Part shown: positions 12,201 through 24,420 of the stretch, piece after piece
How positions within the stretch are numbered: the stretch's first letter is position 1
Layout of the letters: the number at the start of each line of letters is the position of its first letter
Source of the DNA: Bispira polyomma
Taxonomy: Eukaryota
Assembly (NCBI GenBank): GCA_965649765.1
Contig: OZ287757.1
Span: 27,280,001-27,344,000, forward strand
Direction of reading: 5' to 3'
Length of the DNA: 64,000 nt
Program-made: the position numbers and the translations under genes
The notes under the pieces: model-generated
What the model saw: the letters and a program-made list of their open reading frames with translations, nothing else
Databases searched by the model: none
Told to the model about the DNA's origin: nothing

Positions 12201-12400
12201 TTTGCCCACTGTAGGAACTACATAAGAGCCTAATACCAGACAAGCTCGACATAATACTGCGGGTTCTGAGATTGAAATCAATGGGTAAGAAACGCCATGC
12301 ACAAAAACTTCAGGAGATTTACCATGAGAAAATTCAACAATATTACAAAGAACAGATTTGCGAGGGAAAAAAATGTTTCAAGGGAACGGTAGAAAACTAA
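213..12400 (+). CDS. Multi-exon gene encoding a ZU5-UPA (FIIND/PIDD/UNC5-like) + CARD + death-fold protein of about 636 aa. Exons 187/213-225, 5709-5740, 5948-6496, 7067-7198, 7583-7759, 10445-11056, 11341-11550, 12215-12400
   Basis: Every intron is GT..AG and phases match (1,0,0,0,0,0,0). There is no internal stop, and the frame ends at TAA 12398-12400. The start is ATG 213 (MKIE), or exon 187-225 continues an upstream exon outside the window. Confidence 0.8.
440..945 (+). mobile_element. L2/CR1-group LINE 3' fragment
   Basis: APVEWNKLPHTVRSQDKINGFWSHLKP*LF matches the L2 ORF2 C-terminal 'AP..WN.LP..R......F...LK..LF' motif. It is followed by an ATT/AAT tail. Confidence 0.7.
1466..1719 (-). 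mobile_element. tRNA-derived SINE (family A) with 14-bp TSD
   Basis: Minus strand starts GGGGCCGCGGTGGCCTAGTGG (A box) and has GAGTTCGACTCC (B box). TSD tggtaaaggtggaa at 1452-1465 and 1720-1733. Confidence 0.9.
2393..2660 (-). mobile_element. Non-coding terminal-repeat remnant of a DIRS/Ngaro-like element
   Basis: GC-rich island. 2415-2432 is the exact reverse complement of 4280-4297, which lies in the 3' region of the neighbouring YR element. Confidence 0.5.
3235..5174 (+). mobile_element. DIRS/Ngaro-like retrotransposon 3' remnant: YR C-terminus (to 3666) plus terminal repeats
   Basis: LCPVRAL...HGFHTFRRSGA...HGLWRSLAVWAYL carries the H-x-x-R and catalytic Tyr of tyrosine recombinases. 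A 156-bp direct repeat lies at 3677-3832 and 5019-5174. Confidence 0.85.
5948..6496 (+). CDS. Exon encoding the ZU5 domain and the start of the UPA-like domain
   Basis: ttttag|GCT...AAG|gtaagt, 183 codons. ZU5-like pattern ISPAGATY..VTVVISPNSL..SKIYQFNPCG..FVLP..LMY..YLFLNHFC. Confidence 0.8.
6430..7000 (+). repeat. Diverged tandem duplication (about 300 bp) of an exon end plus intron start
   Basis: taaaactacatttggatgc..tcaacctgttcttctacaa (about 6435-6486) recurs at about 6733-6782. The downstream intron motif aatagattaac..gaaatcttg also recurs. Confidence 0.65.
7067..7198 (+). CDS. Exon, UPA-like beta region
   Basis: ttgcag|CAT...GAG|gtgaga, 44 codons, phase 0/0. Confidence 0.75.
7583..7759 (+). 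CDS. Exon, end of the UPA-like region
   Basis: tttcag|GAG...GTG|gtaagt, 59 codons, phase 0/0. Confidence 0.75.
8146..9720 (-). mobile_element. Decayed L2-clade LINE (RT region to 3' tail) inside an intron
   Basis: Minus-strand fragments VPQRSVLG, LKLNNDKTEFILIG, AKNLGVTFDS, LDYCNFL and GSRAFSIAASLLWNSLP. ATT tail at 8146. Confidence 0.85.
10445..11056 (+). CDS. Exon encoding a helical death-fold-like segment followed by a CARD
   Basis: ttttag|TCA...TCT|gtgagt, 204 codons. KKIEKQFLYLLREGLLDSFPQFLESRGFLSSKECTKLLTYPDTASKVMYVMENIILHNSNNYKILMKYC..QPKL fits the CARD helical pattern. Confidence 0.75.
11341..11550 (+). CDS. Exon, first part of the C-terminal death-domain-like region
   Basis: ttgtag|ATC...AAG|gtagtt, 70 codons, phase 0/0. 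Confidence 0.7.
12215..12400 (+). CDS. Terminal coding exon (ELHKSLIPDKLDIILRVLR...GTVEN*)
   Basis: Pyrimidine tract + ctgtag|GAA, open for 61 codons to TAA. AATAAA at about 12727. Confidence 0.7.
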   Translation, partial: ELHKSLIPDKLDIILRVLRLKSMGKKRHAQKLQEIYHEKIQQYYKEQICEGKKCFKGTVEN

Positions 12401-13374
12401 CAGATGATTCTAAAAGCCCATCAAGCTCAAACTCTTATCTGTTTCAAAAGAAGATCTTATAGATATATTTGTATGGCAAAATGGATTTGTGATGAGAAAT
12501 TCAATTGTTTGTATCAATTTAAATTATCAGAAATGTATATACTATATACAGAAACATGATACATGTAATGATACTATCATTTTATTCGTTTCCACTTGTC
12601 ATGGGAAAACTAAAGGCACTTATTTGGATAAATATCTCGATTTGAAAATATGTCAGTCCATGTATATAATCTTTACATGTCAGGGAGCTGTAAATGGAAG
12701 CTTCTATTCAATAGTCAAAGAGCAAAAATAAAATGATCAAACAAAGGATTTAACTATGTAACTCTGTGGGTAAATGGAATGGATCAGTAGGCTATTATTA
12801 GTTGATCTCCAACAAACGTCAAACCTTTGTGGTTCTATGACCATTATATATGATGTGGTTATAACATAAATGTACTAAATATGTTCAATTTAAGATACAC
12901 TTTTTTAGATGTCTTATACATAGTTAATGATCCATAAAGTGTAACAAGAAGTAATGTGAGTCAGACATTTATAACTTTGCAATATAATTAAAACAAAATG
13001 AAATTTGTACATCAAATTATATGAAACATACTAGGACAAATACGTCGAAGTAAATTGGCAAATAAATACCTGAACTAGTATCATTATTATTGATTTTTTG
13101 CAGGCTGTATATAGCATAGGAAGTCAGATGTACTGCATAATTGGAATTATTTTCTGGCTTTTTACAATTGCTTTCATTGATTTATTTGTGAATATTTACA
13201 TAACTGATACCTAACGACAGGATCTGAGTTGTTCAATTCTGGGGGCTTTACCAACAAAATGAACTGACAGACAACTAACAAGTGTTTCTATTTACCCAAC
13301 ACTTTCCCAACTAAGGCTCAACCGATGCCTAACATGCATGTTAGTGTAACAAGAGCTTCGACTTACAACCCCTG

Positions 13375-14221
13375 GGCCCAGTTAATCAAAGACTTTGTTA
13401 AAATGCCAACTAACGAACGTGTAATGATAAAACTACTAGACAGTAACGAATGGGGCTGTTCCACTTTCACAAACAGTCAGGGTGGGGCCCCGATTATGTA
13501 ATCGTGAAGAATTCTTGACGTTCCCCCACTATGTTTTGAAAAAGTGTGGGAGAAAATGTGTCACCACGATCTGTAAGATAAGTCTTATGATCGTTATGAT
13601 CGTTTAGTCTTCACGATTACATTTTTTGCTCCCAACCTCTCCGATTGGTAATGATAAGTTGTTGCAACTGCTTACGATGCAAAAGATAGATTGTAAGGGA
13701 CAGTTGTTGGACACTAACATAAGTCGGCAAGATCCAGATCGAAATTCTGGTAATAACAATCTTTGGGTACCGTTTTCATCAAATGCTATATAAATGAAGG
13801 CTTAAACTTGAATCCAGACAGTTTTAATTCAGAAGTCAACTGAGCAACATGATTCCACAAAGAACAACACATCTAGCAAATGGACTTAGGGCTGTAATTA
13901 TCTACTTGCAAGCACAACTGGTGGTTATTAAGGACATCGAAGGCAGGATAAGAAGATTAAGAATGCAAAGGGAAGCACTGAATGTACAGCTTCAGTCTTA
14001 GGTGGTCAGAAGATGGCAAGGCCATGGTTCTGGATCAAGTCACAGCTCAGGGAAAGGGACAAACATGGACACTACATAGCACTTATGCCACGCCTGGGTC
14101 AGCAAGATCTCCAGTCATGCCACAACTTCCTCAGGATGCCACCAGGAAATGGAGAGGAGGGTTGGGCACAGAGACACACAGCCTGGCACAGAAAGGGACT
14201 GGTCCCTGGACTCAAGATAAG
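13375..14221 (+). mobile_element. PIF/Harbinger DNA transposon 5' part with a truncated transposase N-terminus
   Basis: GGCCCAGTT.. terminus. RPWFWIKSQLRERDKHGHYIALMPRLGQQDLQSCHNFLRMPP...RKGLVPGLKI matches Harbinger transposase N-termini. It is cut at 14222 by the hAT element. Confidence 0.7.
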
Positions 14222-15800
14222 CAGTGAGCGAAACTGCCGCGTACCCGGTGCCCCGGGGCCACAAACTATCTCGTCGGGCCATTTACTTTTGAAACTTACA
14301 GGTCCGTGGGCCAGTAGATATACAAAATCGATAGATATATTGTCTTTTAATTCTAATCATTTAATATTTCAAGATAAGAAATCGCTACATTTGCAAACAA
14401 TATATATCCTTTCCTTCAACCGCCATTAGACGTTTGTGTAAACAGACTGCGCTGATGTCTTCCTGTGGTCTGTGTGGGACATACTAAAGCTGTTTCAAGA
14501 GTACTGGTTGGTTTAAAACTTCAAATATTTGAAGATACCGGGACTTTCCGCCAATAAAAATGCTTCTAACATATTCCTGTGTGTAAATATTTTCCTTTGC
14601 TAGCGTTCTACATCCCCATTTTTTAGGGTTTAGGAAGAAAAATGGACAAATTTTGAATATAAGACCTAAAGAAACCCCTCCTGCTAAGAAAAAAAACCAC
14701 TAAAGAAGTCTCTGAAGTAGTTAAAAATTATGAGGCTCAGAAACGTATCAGATGTTACCAACAGTTCTGGGAGAAGCAGTACCCTTGGTTGTTATACAAT
14801 GCATCAATCAGTAAGATGTATTGTAAAATTTGCAGATCAGTCTATGGGCCTCTGGCCCTTAAAAGTAAAAATAAGGGATTGTCTTCTAATGAGTTTACTA
14901 AGTATGCCATTAGAGAAATAATGCTAGAAACCCATCAAGTGAAATGCCTGTTGACCATTGCTTATCTAGTCTGCACAGGGCTGATTATGATAGACTTTGC
15001 TTACTTTTCAGGAATGCACATTTAATAGCTATGCATTCCAAGTCTTTTAAGGGTTTTCAATGGATGTGTGCCCTTGACAAAAAAAAGAATTACAGATTGG
15101 AAGCACTTACGAAATGATACTCAATGTAAATAATTCATGAGAGCCATTGCAGTAAACGAATGCAACAAAATTCGAGATTATTTGAGTGGAGCCAAGTTTA
15201 TAACTTTGTTAAGTGATGGATCTGTTGATGTATCCACCATTGAGAATGAAACTATCTATATCAGGTGTTGCATTGAAGGGGAAGTTCAGACTTTTTTATT
15301 CAAATGGCTGCTATACCACGTGCCAATGCCCGAGGAATATTTAATGCGTTAAGAGGGGCTCTTAAAACTGTAGACTCTAGTAAATTTGATGCCGGTTTGC
15401 CAAAGCTTGAAGAAAAATTAGTGTGCTTTACAGGTGATGGGGTCAGTGTGAACAGTGGTCATCAGAATGGTGTCATAGCTAAACTTCAAGAAGAATTGTC
15501 AAAAGAAATCATTTTTATTTATTGCTTGAATCACCGTCTTGAGGTTGCCTTCAAGAAATCAATGAAAGGAAATTAACTGTATGAAAAAGTTGACACTCTC
15601 CTCAGTGAGCTCTTTAAATTTTACCATCCCAGTTCTCTCCAGACTGAAAATCAAAAAACTACCTATGAAGCCTGTAATGTCAGTGTGCAATTGCCTCACA
15701 GAGTAGGGGGGACAAGGTGGGTCAGTTACTTGTATGGAGCCTTAGCACAAGTATGGAAGGGCTACAAATTGTTTGTTCAGCATTTTGACCAGGTAACTGA
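14222..15800 (+). mobile_element. hAT-family (ZNF862-like) transposase pseudogene with CAG-starting terminus
   Basis: CAGTGAGCGAAA terminus. Fragments QYPWLLY..MYCKICR, LLSDGSVDVSTIENE, FTGDGVSVNSG, IYCLNHRLE and GGTRWV are spread over several frames with stops. Confidence 0.85.
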
Positions 15801-16529
15801 TAACGTTTATTTGTTCACATTTTATTTATGTTTTCTAAAGTTATTATTGGCCACTTCTGATGGTCCAGCAGCATATTTAGTAAACTTTCTACCAGACAAT
15901 CATTGACAGCTTCCTGTCCTTCAGCATCAGGATTTGTCAGAGAGTACATGGTCCACATTGACAACTGCCTCAGATTTATTCCAGGGACTATGTTCACGAA
16001 AATGCTTACACACTACCATCCTTACAATAATTACTATGCATGTTTAGCCCATGTATTTTCACCAAAAAGCACACCTGCTGATGTAAAATTGCAGGTATAG
16101 TTCAAAATCTATTTAGCGCTACTAAAAGGGACGTAATATATGTAAAATTGGTTTCTAATTACGGTGGTAATTATAAAATCCATTTTAAAATACGTTTTGA
16201 ATTACTGGGAGTAAGGTAAGGCAGGATTAATTTTAAAAACCTAGTTATAATACCTGAAAACCAGCCGAAAGACTAAAATTGTAAATGGGAATACCTGTAG
16301 TCATTGGTTTGGTCCCAGTTGACAACTATTAAAAACATGTAAAATATAATAAGACAGCCATGGCAGCTAGCACATATTATGTTTTCTTACTTAAGAATCT
16401 AATCTAATCACAATATTAGTGTTTCAAAAGCAGCAGATGAATGAAGCAACACAAATGCTCTATATCAAATTTTGAACAACAATTGAGTTAAATGAATTTT
16501 TATGGACATCGGAGCCATCACTGTTGAAT

Positions 16530-16779
16530 TTGAATTTGGATATTTAACGTCCACTCTAGTACCTTTTAGTAGTTTATATTGGGACGGGTAGTTGGAAACG
16601 CTGGAGGAAACACTGCATACAGTTGATCAAGATTCTGCAGAGAAACCAGCGGCCCACAGTAAGGAACTACCACCTTTCCCACATAGGCATCGACGGGATT
16701 CGAACTCACGCCGCCCAGAGGTGAGAGACCAGTGATTGTGAAGCGCAATGCTTGCTAACCACTAGGCCACCGCGGCCCC
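16530..16779 (-). mobile_element. tRNA-derived SINE (family A) with 16-bp TSD
   Basis: Intact A and B boxes (GTTCGAATCC). TSD gccatcactgttgaat at 16514-16529 and 16780-16795. Confidence 0.9.
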
Positions 16780-18438
16780 GCCATCACTGTTGAATGTCCA
16801 CGCTTGTAAACACAGTTCTTTATGTGGTGAAGTTAATCATATGAATTAAAGAGGAAATAATGAGAATTTTATTTTGGAGTTTATTTGTGTACAAGCTATT
16901 CATATCTATGCACAATATCACAATAAATGAGGTAAAATATTTAAAATTGTAAGAGATGACTAAGATTTTAAATGCACCCAATATATATGTAAATAACAGT
17001 ATGAAGCCCATATGGGACATACATACACATGGTTAAAAAGACATTATGGGACTAGCCTGTACAACAAAAGTTACATTATAAAACAACCCAAAAGGACACC
17101 ACTGGTGTAAGCCCAAAGAACCTGACAAATGCACATTAAGTTATTTTATATTTGAGATTGACAAAGACTAGTCAGATTCCCAGGTTCTGTGGCCCCAACC
17201 ATTGTTATGAATAACTATTTATATAGTAATTGCAATCTCAGTGACTGCCTGTAAGAGAGGATTGTGGAAAACCCCAGCCTACGATTACTAACTCACCTGG
17301 GATTTTTCAACAATATTTAACATCTCGGAGATAATACGAGACATTGATGCAAATAAGATTAACCTCTATAAAAAGCAAGAGGAAAAGTATCTGATATCAA
17401 AAAAAATTCAATTAAAATAAAAGACCCATACTTTAATTTTACTTGAATTTAGGTCATATCAAGGTGGCCAGGAATAATGGTAGAAGAAACCAGTTGGGAA
17501 GCACAGGCTAAACCACCAGTCTACACCAATTACCTGGATGTAGATGAAAGAGAACAGATTCTGGTGATTTAATACTATAAAACTTATTTACATCAGCCAG
17601 GAATATTTATAAACTAAGATAAAAACACAGGATGTGGATTGAAATCGCCAGTTTATTCAACTGACAAAAATGTATATATTAAACCAAGAATACAAGATCT
17701 TTAAAATTTGATTACATCACACAAGTGATTTATATATACATTATTTATACAGATTTATATCAATGGCAAAGTGTCAATTAAAATAAATACTGGATGTAGT
17801 TGCACAGTAAAAGATAGTTGTTGTTTCTGTTTAAATATGTCCTGATATATTTCAAAATGTTTTTTTTTATCTACAAGTAGAGATATATGGACATGCGATA
17901 GCAATGGCCATAGTGTGCCGACTTCTAGCGGACTTAACCCAAACCGTAAAACAAGTGATTTTTATCCTTTAAAATACTTCAATCACTAATTAATAACTAA
18001 TACGGGGTAGGTATTTATAACACAATTTTTAAAAGGAATAAACTGAATTTATGACAATTAGCTTATAGGTAAATTGGAAAATGTACTATTTCTATCTTAA
18101 AATGTGAACTTCTCAACAACTGTCAATGACTGTCCACGTAAAATAAAAGTTAAATTCACAAGTAAGTGTATAAGAACAGAGAAAATTATTTAATTACTGC
18201 AGTAATAATACTACATGTATACTTTTATTTCTCAACAAGTGATCATGACTGTTGAAACAAAGGCTGAATATTTGAATTTATGGCAAACTGGAACAACCAT
18301 GCAAGTAATCAAACCTTAAATGGACTTTTGTAGAATATTTTTACCACAATTACCACTATGAGTTGTGTTTGGTTGTATACAATTTAAGCAGCACTTGGAG
18401 AATATAATAAAATAAATAACTACTTCCATGTGATTAAA

Positions 18439-18634
18439 GGGGCCGCGGTGGCCTAGTGGTTAGCAAGCATTGCGCTTCACAATCATTGGTCTCTTACCTC
18501 TGGGCGGCGAGGTGGGCCGCTGGTTTCAGTGCAGAACCTTGATCAACTGTATGCAGTGTTTCCTCCAGCGTTTCCAACTACCCATCCTAATATAACCTAG
18601 AGTGGACGTTAAATATCCCAATTCAAAAAAAAAA
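18439..18634 (+). mobile_element. tRNA-derived SINE (family A), internally deleted (B box lost), 15-bp TSD
   Basis: TSD ttccatgtgattaaa at 18424-18438 and 18635-18649. A-rich tail. Confidence 0.9.
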
Positions 18635-19799
18635 TTCCATGTGATTAAAGGATTTAATATATTCTACCAGGGTCTGTTATTCAACACTTTTAAACCCCCA
18701 TATTTCAAAGAATATTCAACAATCCCAGAAAATACACAATTCACTTGATCTGTCAAAGTACAGTCTATATATAGCACCCAAAACACTAGATTTAGTTCAT
18801 GTAGTACACAAGTGTTAAAGTGCACACACTATTATACAAGCATGTACCAAATATGTGCTGTTCTACTTCATACCACACAGAATCTTCAGTGTAGGAGAAT
18901 AGCCAAGAACCAGGTGTTTCTTCAAAATTAATAGTCAAAGCCTGATTTAAGGCAATTCTCTGACATAAACCGCTGAAAACTAAGGTGACGGTAACAAATT
19001 GTATTTTTAAATATTGTTTAAAGTCATTTCAAATTTCTGAATACATATACATCTATAATAAATATAAAAAAAGTAAAGCGATACAATTTTATGATAATAT
19101 AATTTTATATCATAATTTTAATAAATAAATATAATATATATTTAAAAGTTACTGAATATGATGTACCAATGTAATCTTGAACTGATTAATTTATTAAACA
19201 AGGTCATTCAATAATGTGGCCTGGAAAGCAGACAGGACATTCTTTAAAAAGAAACACCTGATTTTAAACAATAGGTATCACCCAAATAGAAGTTTAAGCA
19301 ATAATAAAGCACACGATTGTGCAGTATAACATTTAGGTGCTATTAAGTTCAGTCCTTGAGCCCCTCCCAGTGGGCCATTGCATTCCATTTGTTAAACAAT
19401 CCCTATTCCTGTGGACTAGTTCATTCCAAGCAACCTAATTATAGCCCCCTTTCCTGTCATTGAGACTGATTAAACATTCGTGGCAATGTACTAATTAGCC
19501 CTATATTTTTGGAGATGTTGATGGAACCAGATGTGTTAAACTGTTTCACAACAAGTATTGATTGATTTTGCCGGAAAGTTGGCAGACATCTTGGAATATT
19601 AACACTTTTAATCTTATTTTAGTGTGTTTTTAACACACATATGATAGCTATAGAGAAGAACAAGAAAGCTGCCTGTTTTTATGCACTGCATACACATTAG
19701 ACTGCCACACCAATTGACCTTTAGGGAAAATATGATACTTTCCTTCAACAGTGTTTGGACTAGAGTGTAGATGAGTATAGTAGTGGGAGCTAAAACCTA

Positions 19800-21670
19800 C
19801 TTGAGAACATAACTATATGAATTCTCAAATACCAATTTCTTCATAGCTCAATGTCGATTGCTGGAAACACTTCATACATGATTATTGGGACAAGCAAATT
19901 GTTGACTTGCTTACATATGGCTTTCCTCTCGATGTTCATACCTCTTGTCAGCTGCATAGTATGGAAGAAAATCATAAATCTGCTAATGAATTTAGCTCCC
20001 ATGTGGATGCATATATGACTAGGGTTTATGACTACGGACAAAGTAAATTTCACTACTCGTCGTACGATAGTGGTATGATAGTGGACCTAAGTTGATCACG
20101 GGGCTTCTCGGTCAACAATTACCCAACTGTAAAAAATTGTTGCTAATGTTAAAAGCTTTAGGCCCTGGGGCCCTACTATAAAATTGATATCAGTAGGATC
20201 TCTAGGTATGTTCTCATTGACCCTGGGGACCTACATTTACTGGTTCTAAAACACAATGATACATATCTTCTAGACCGTCATCTTCACAAATCAATGATGT
20301 GATGTCCTCATGGGGACACAAACCTTCATGTATTAAAAGACAGTATCAGTCACTACTTGGTTCTCTGTCACCAAGTGTGTCCAGCCTGCAAGGTATTTCT
20401 TGAATCAAATGTTAAGTTTACTTAGGGACAACCATAGTAAAACTTCTATATGTCTTACTCCTGAATTTTTGAAATATTTGAATTGGTTCAATACTTTTCT
20501 TTCATCATATAATGGGGTTAGATTCTATGATAACAAATATGTCAGTGCCACATTGGAGTTAGATGCCTATACAAAGGCGTTTTCGGGGATATGACACAAT
20601 TCACCTAGAAATCCTTAATATTGTGGTGGCCCTTAATGAGCTCACTTGGCTGACAAACGTATACTCATAAAATGTGATAACAAAGCGGTAGTTGAGGCCC
20701 ACAATTCTGGTAAGGCCAGGGATGCTATGTTGGCTACATGCACAAAAAATATTTGGTTATTCTCAGGCATGTTCAATGTAGAACTGGTTTTAAACCATGT
20801 ATATGAAAATTTTACCAAGTGGCTGATCTGTTGTCCAGATTGACTTTTTACAAGCAACCTTCGGAAAACTTGAAAGTGCATAAACCACAGCCTGAATAAG
20901 TATAACATATAGTACTATGTATATATTTTGTATTCCGGTTGATCTGTGTGGGGCAGCCCAGTTGGCATCCTGTGCCACCACCAGACTGCTGTCTGCCTTT
21001 AGACCAACGACGAGGTAGGCTTACTCCAGAATGCTCAAATAATTTCTGGCTTTTCTGGTGGCAGCTGGGCTGCAGCTATGCAGGTCTCTGTATTAGTATT
21101 GCTTTCATTTATGGAGTATCTAGTTGTAAATGGTAAAAATGTCAATAATATTGCCAATTTTGTTTTTTCTTCCAAGAGCTTCCTATATAATACATGTACT
21201 TTCTACACAGGTTTTTCAGGACCTTAGAATGCAGCATTTTATGACATCACTACGATAAACAGATTGTTTTGTCTTAGAAATGTATTTGATGAAATAGTGT
21301 TACTACAGAAAGTTCATGCTGCTTCATTTAGTGCATTCTTTTGATGTGTCCAGATAGCTGGCTCGGCAGGGGGGGATATTATATTTGTACCCCCAGGGAC
21401 CACTGTCTTGGTTAAATAGTCTAAGACCATTTAAACCCGGGGTGACTTAAAACCCATTGCGTTTCCTGCTCTGGCAGACTCACCTCTCTGTCCAGTACGG
21501 GCACTAAAATGTATATTGGGCCTTGCTTTATTTCAACCTAATGATCCCTTGTTTCGAGTTTGTAGAGCAAAGTTTTCTACTGATTCTACGGCAAGAAAAC
21601 ACCTTAAGAAAGTGCTACACTTTATCGGAGCCACCAATTTGAAATATACATTTCACAGTTTTTAAGTCAT
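19800..21670 (+). mobile_element. Heavily decayed DIRS/Ngaro-like retrotransposon (RT-RNaseH-YR fragments)
   Basis: DYWDKQIVDLLTYGFPLD..EENHKSA, MIVDLS, IDPGDL, CDNKAVV..SGKARD, AFRPTT, LCPVRAL and YTFHSF, with many stops and deletions. Confidence 0.85.
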
Positions 21671-21842
21671 TTTATTAAATCAGTAATATGAACTTTGGTT
21701 TATGTTTTATTATATTATATCATATTTGCTTATAGCAGTAACAGGGGTTGGGGAGTACCCTGCTGCTTCGAGTAATGGTATTACCAATTGGGTGCATTGT
21801 GGCCATGCACTCGAGCATTGTTTTAATAAATATTACATATTT

Positions 21843-21846
<4 letters not shown>

Positions 21847-21889
<43 letters not shown>
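21847..21889. repeat. (TA)n microsatellite
   Basis: Perfect TA run. Others at about 36158-36196, 56882-56932 and 63088-63116. Confidence 0.95.
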
Positions 21890-21895
<6 letters not shown>

Positions 21896-22549
21896 ATAGT
21901 AGATTAGAATAAAGTATTAAATCTCACTGTCTTTATGTTGGCGTTTATAATTTCTCCTGGGGTGGGGGGACTGGAATTATAAACTATATCTACTGATATC
22001 ACCTGATATCTAATGTTCTATATCACTTTAAAGTCTACATTCTGAAGCTAGATCAATTAAATCTACCACTGTTTGTTTGTGAACTCTTTTGACCTCACGC
22101 AAGTGTCGTAAATCTGTGAGATTTCAGTCATGGATCGCGATTGGGAGTAGCCAATTTAACAACAGTACAGTAAGAAATCTAAAATTGGGACCTGTATTTG
22201 AAATTCGCCTCTCCTAAAATTTATAAAAATAAATAAAAACTGGCGAAAAATAAGAGGTAAGGAAGGCAAAAAATAGTCATAACAATCTCAATTTTAGCAA
22301 ATATTAACCACAATTCTACGCAAAACAAAACATTTTCTAGGTGGTGAATTTCAGATAGTGGCAAATTTTATATATTTTAACACATGTGCTTTCTAGCGAC
22401 GAAACACAAATGAAAAATGCAGTAATTAGGTCAAAGTACAAAATGTATTTAAAAGACAAATAAAATAAGAAATAAATATATTAAAACGAACGACACATCC
22501 GCAGTACCAGTCATGTACAATCTTGATAAAAAGATCAAGATCAGATTAC

Positions 22550-24050
22550 CCAAGCAGACACTAGATCCAACAGTATTCACTGAATCTGAAATATCTGACA
22601 TGATAGTTGTCCTTAAATGTTTATAATTATCAAACGCCAAAATTAACAGACATATTAATAGAATTAAAGCAAGGGTAACATAAAACCAGTGACCTCCCCA
22701 TGAACCCTTCACATAAGCACCCCCTTAGGAATAACCAACAGATGGGACATCACAATGTGGCAACACTTATAACAACATTCATCAAGAATATTAACATGAC
22801 AGCATTATTCCAAAAGTGGACGTCCTGAGGTCACTGCCAGAAGTGAATGTGGCTGTAAATTACAAGTGGTGTCATACATTTCACAACTATGTCAGGCAGT
22901 ATTGCAAGGTAAAACCAACATATCGCTAAACATCTAGTAAATAGGTTTATATATGTAATAGTAAATATGTCCTGTCACAAAGATAATCATGTCCATAAAG
23001 AACAATTCAACAGCACAGATTTTATTTTAAAGCGTCCTAGTTTTGACCAAATCAAACAGGCAATAATTGAAACCCTGAACCTGAGATGTTTAAAATAGAT
23101 GTGATGAGTTCTATTTTTGAACGTCATCCCTCAATCAATCATCTTGAAATCGTAAATTTAATTATTACATTGAAAGTTTTGGCACAAATCATAAGCTCAT
23201 CAAGTAACTATTCATAGTTACAACATCGCCAAAATAGTGTTGTTTGTTGGTTTAACTAAAACTGGAGACATTTTCCTGGATACATGCATTCGTAATGTTG
23301 TCTTATAACATTTACTCATGACATCAGACCGGACATCTAGCTCATCCAAGGTTCAAAAAACTTGGAAGCTGATGCCCTGTCCCGGATCTAAAAATTACCG
23401 CAGAAGGCACACTTCCATCCAACATTTTAACCTGAATTATTCCATATAGTTGTAGGCTCCAGATGGGCCACATCATCTCTTACTAAATATTCCTTACAGT
23501 GAGTGGAGTCTGCTCCTAGATCTTTCACATCAGCAGCTGACCACAGCCAGTTCAAGGTGACATTTCAAGTTTACAACATAATGCTCTCTATTTTTTCTAG
23601 AGAAGCTTGGTTCACACATCTCCATTCAGAAGTTATCTTCCTAGTGGCTTTCTATAGATCTTGCACAAGTCAAACATGGCCCACATCTATGAAAACATTT
23701 CACCCTTCCAGGTACAGCCCCGAAAAAATTACATTAGTCCAGACCCCCTCCCTCCTTCAGCTCATTTATGTACAGCTTCCTCTCATTTTTCCATCATTGA
23801 CTTCCACACACACACACACTGCTTTGACAAAACTCCTCCAGTACATAGGAATTGACCATATTTTGGATTCCTTTGTTACATCTGTCATACTGTGTTCTGC
23901 CCAACTTGTTACTCTGTCAACCTTGACCCCTGTGGGTGTGGTCCTAGAGTCTGCAGATCTGCATCACTGTTTATCAAATGACAATCACTCTCTTCAGCTA
24001 GCTGAAAACTATCACTGTATGCACTCTGACTAAAGCAATAGTAGCTAGAT
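22550..24050 (-). mobile_element. Old Ty3/Gypsy pol remnant (RNaseH-integrase); paralog at 36440-36980 + 42430-43245
   Basis: Minus-strand INSDADLQTLG (TDAS..GLG-like) and RDDVGHL (integrase His motif). A plus-strand KNLEADALSR also lies at about 23360-23390. Confidence 0.45.
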
Positions 24051-24420
24051 ACTGTCTTTGTGTAAATAACACCGTAAAACCACTTGTAAAATTCTGTGTA
24101 TAAATAGTGTATCTGTCCCAACTTTAAATGTATTAAATTGCTTGTGTTCCTTCACCAGGTAATTTAAATATAATGAAGTTATTTACATGTTTTTTGCCAC
24201 TAAGTCTTTTGGGCGGGAAACCTTTGTTCCCCTATTTTAACCTAGCTAACAAGGGTTTTACTTAATGTGTAACTTCTACCAGTGACACTGACGCTACATG
24301 TATTTCAAAATGTACTACTATATGTTTGAGAAGGTAAAAAGGACCCCATCTCAAGAAACTGACACCTGATTCTAGTAATTAATCTCTTTAAACTGGACAA
24401 AATTTTGTTGTTTTTGCAAG

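Noticed and set aside
16690-16779. tRNA gene
   Set aside because: The A/B boxes belong to a SINE head attached to a body, tail and TSD, repeated several times in the window.
23503-24033. 176-aa plus-strand ORF
   Set aside because: Non-ATG start, antisense to the Gypsy remnant, and not preserved in the paralog.
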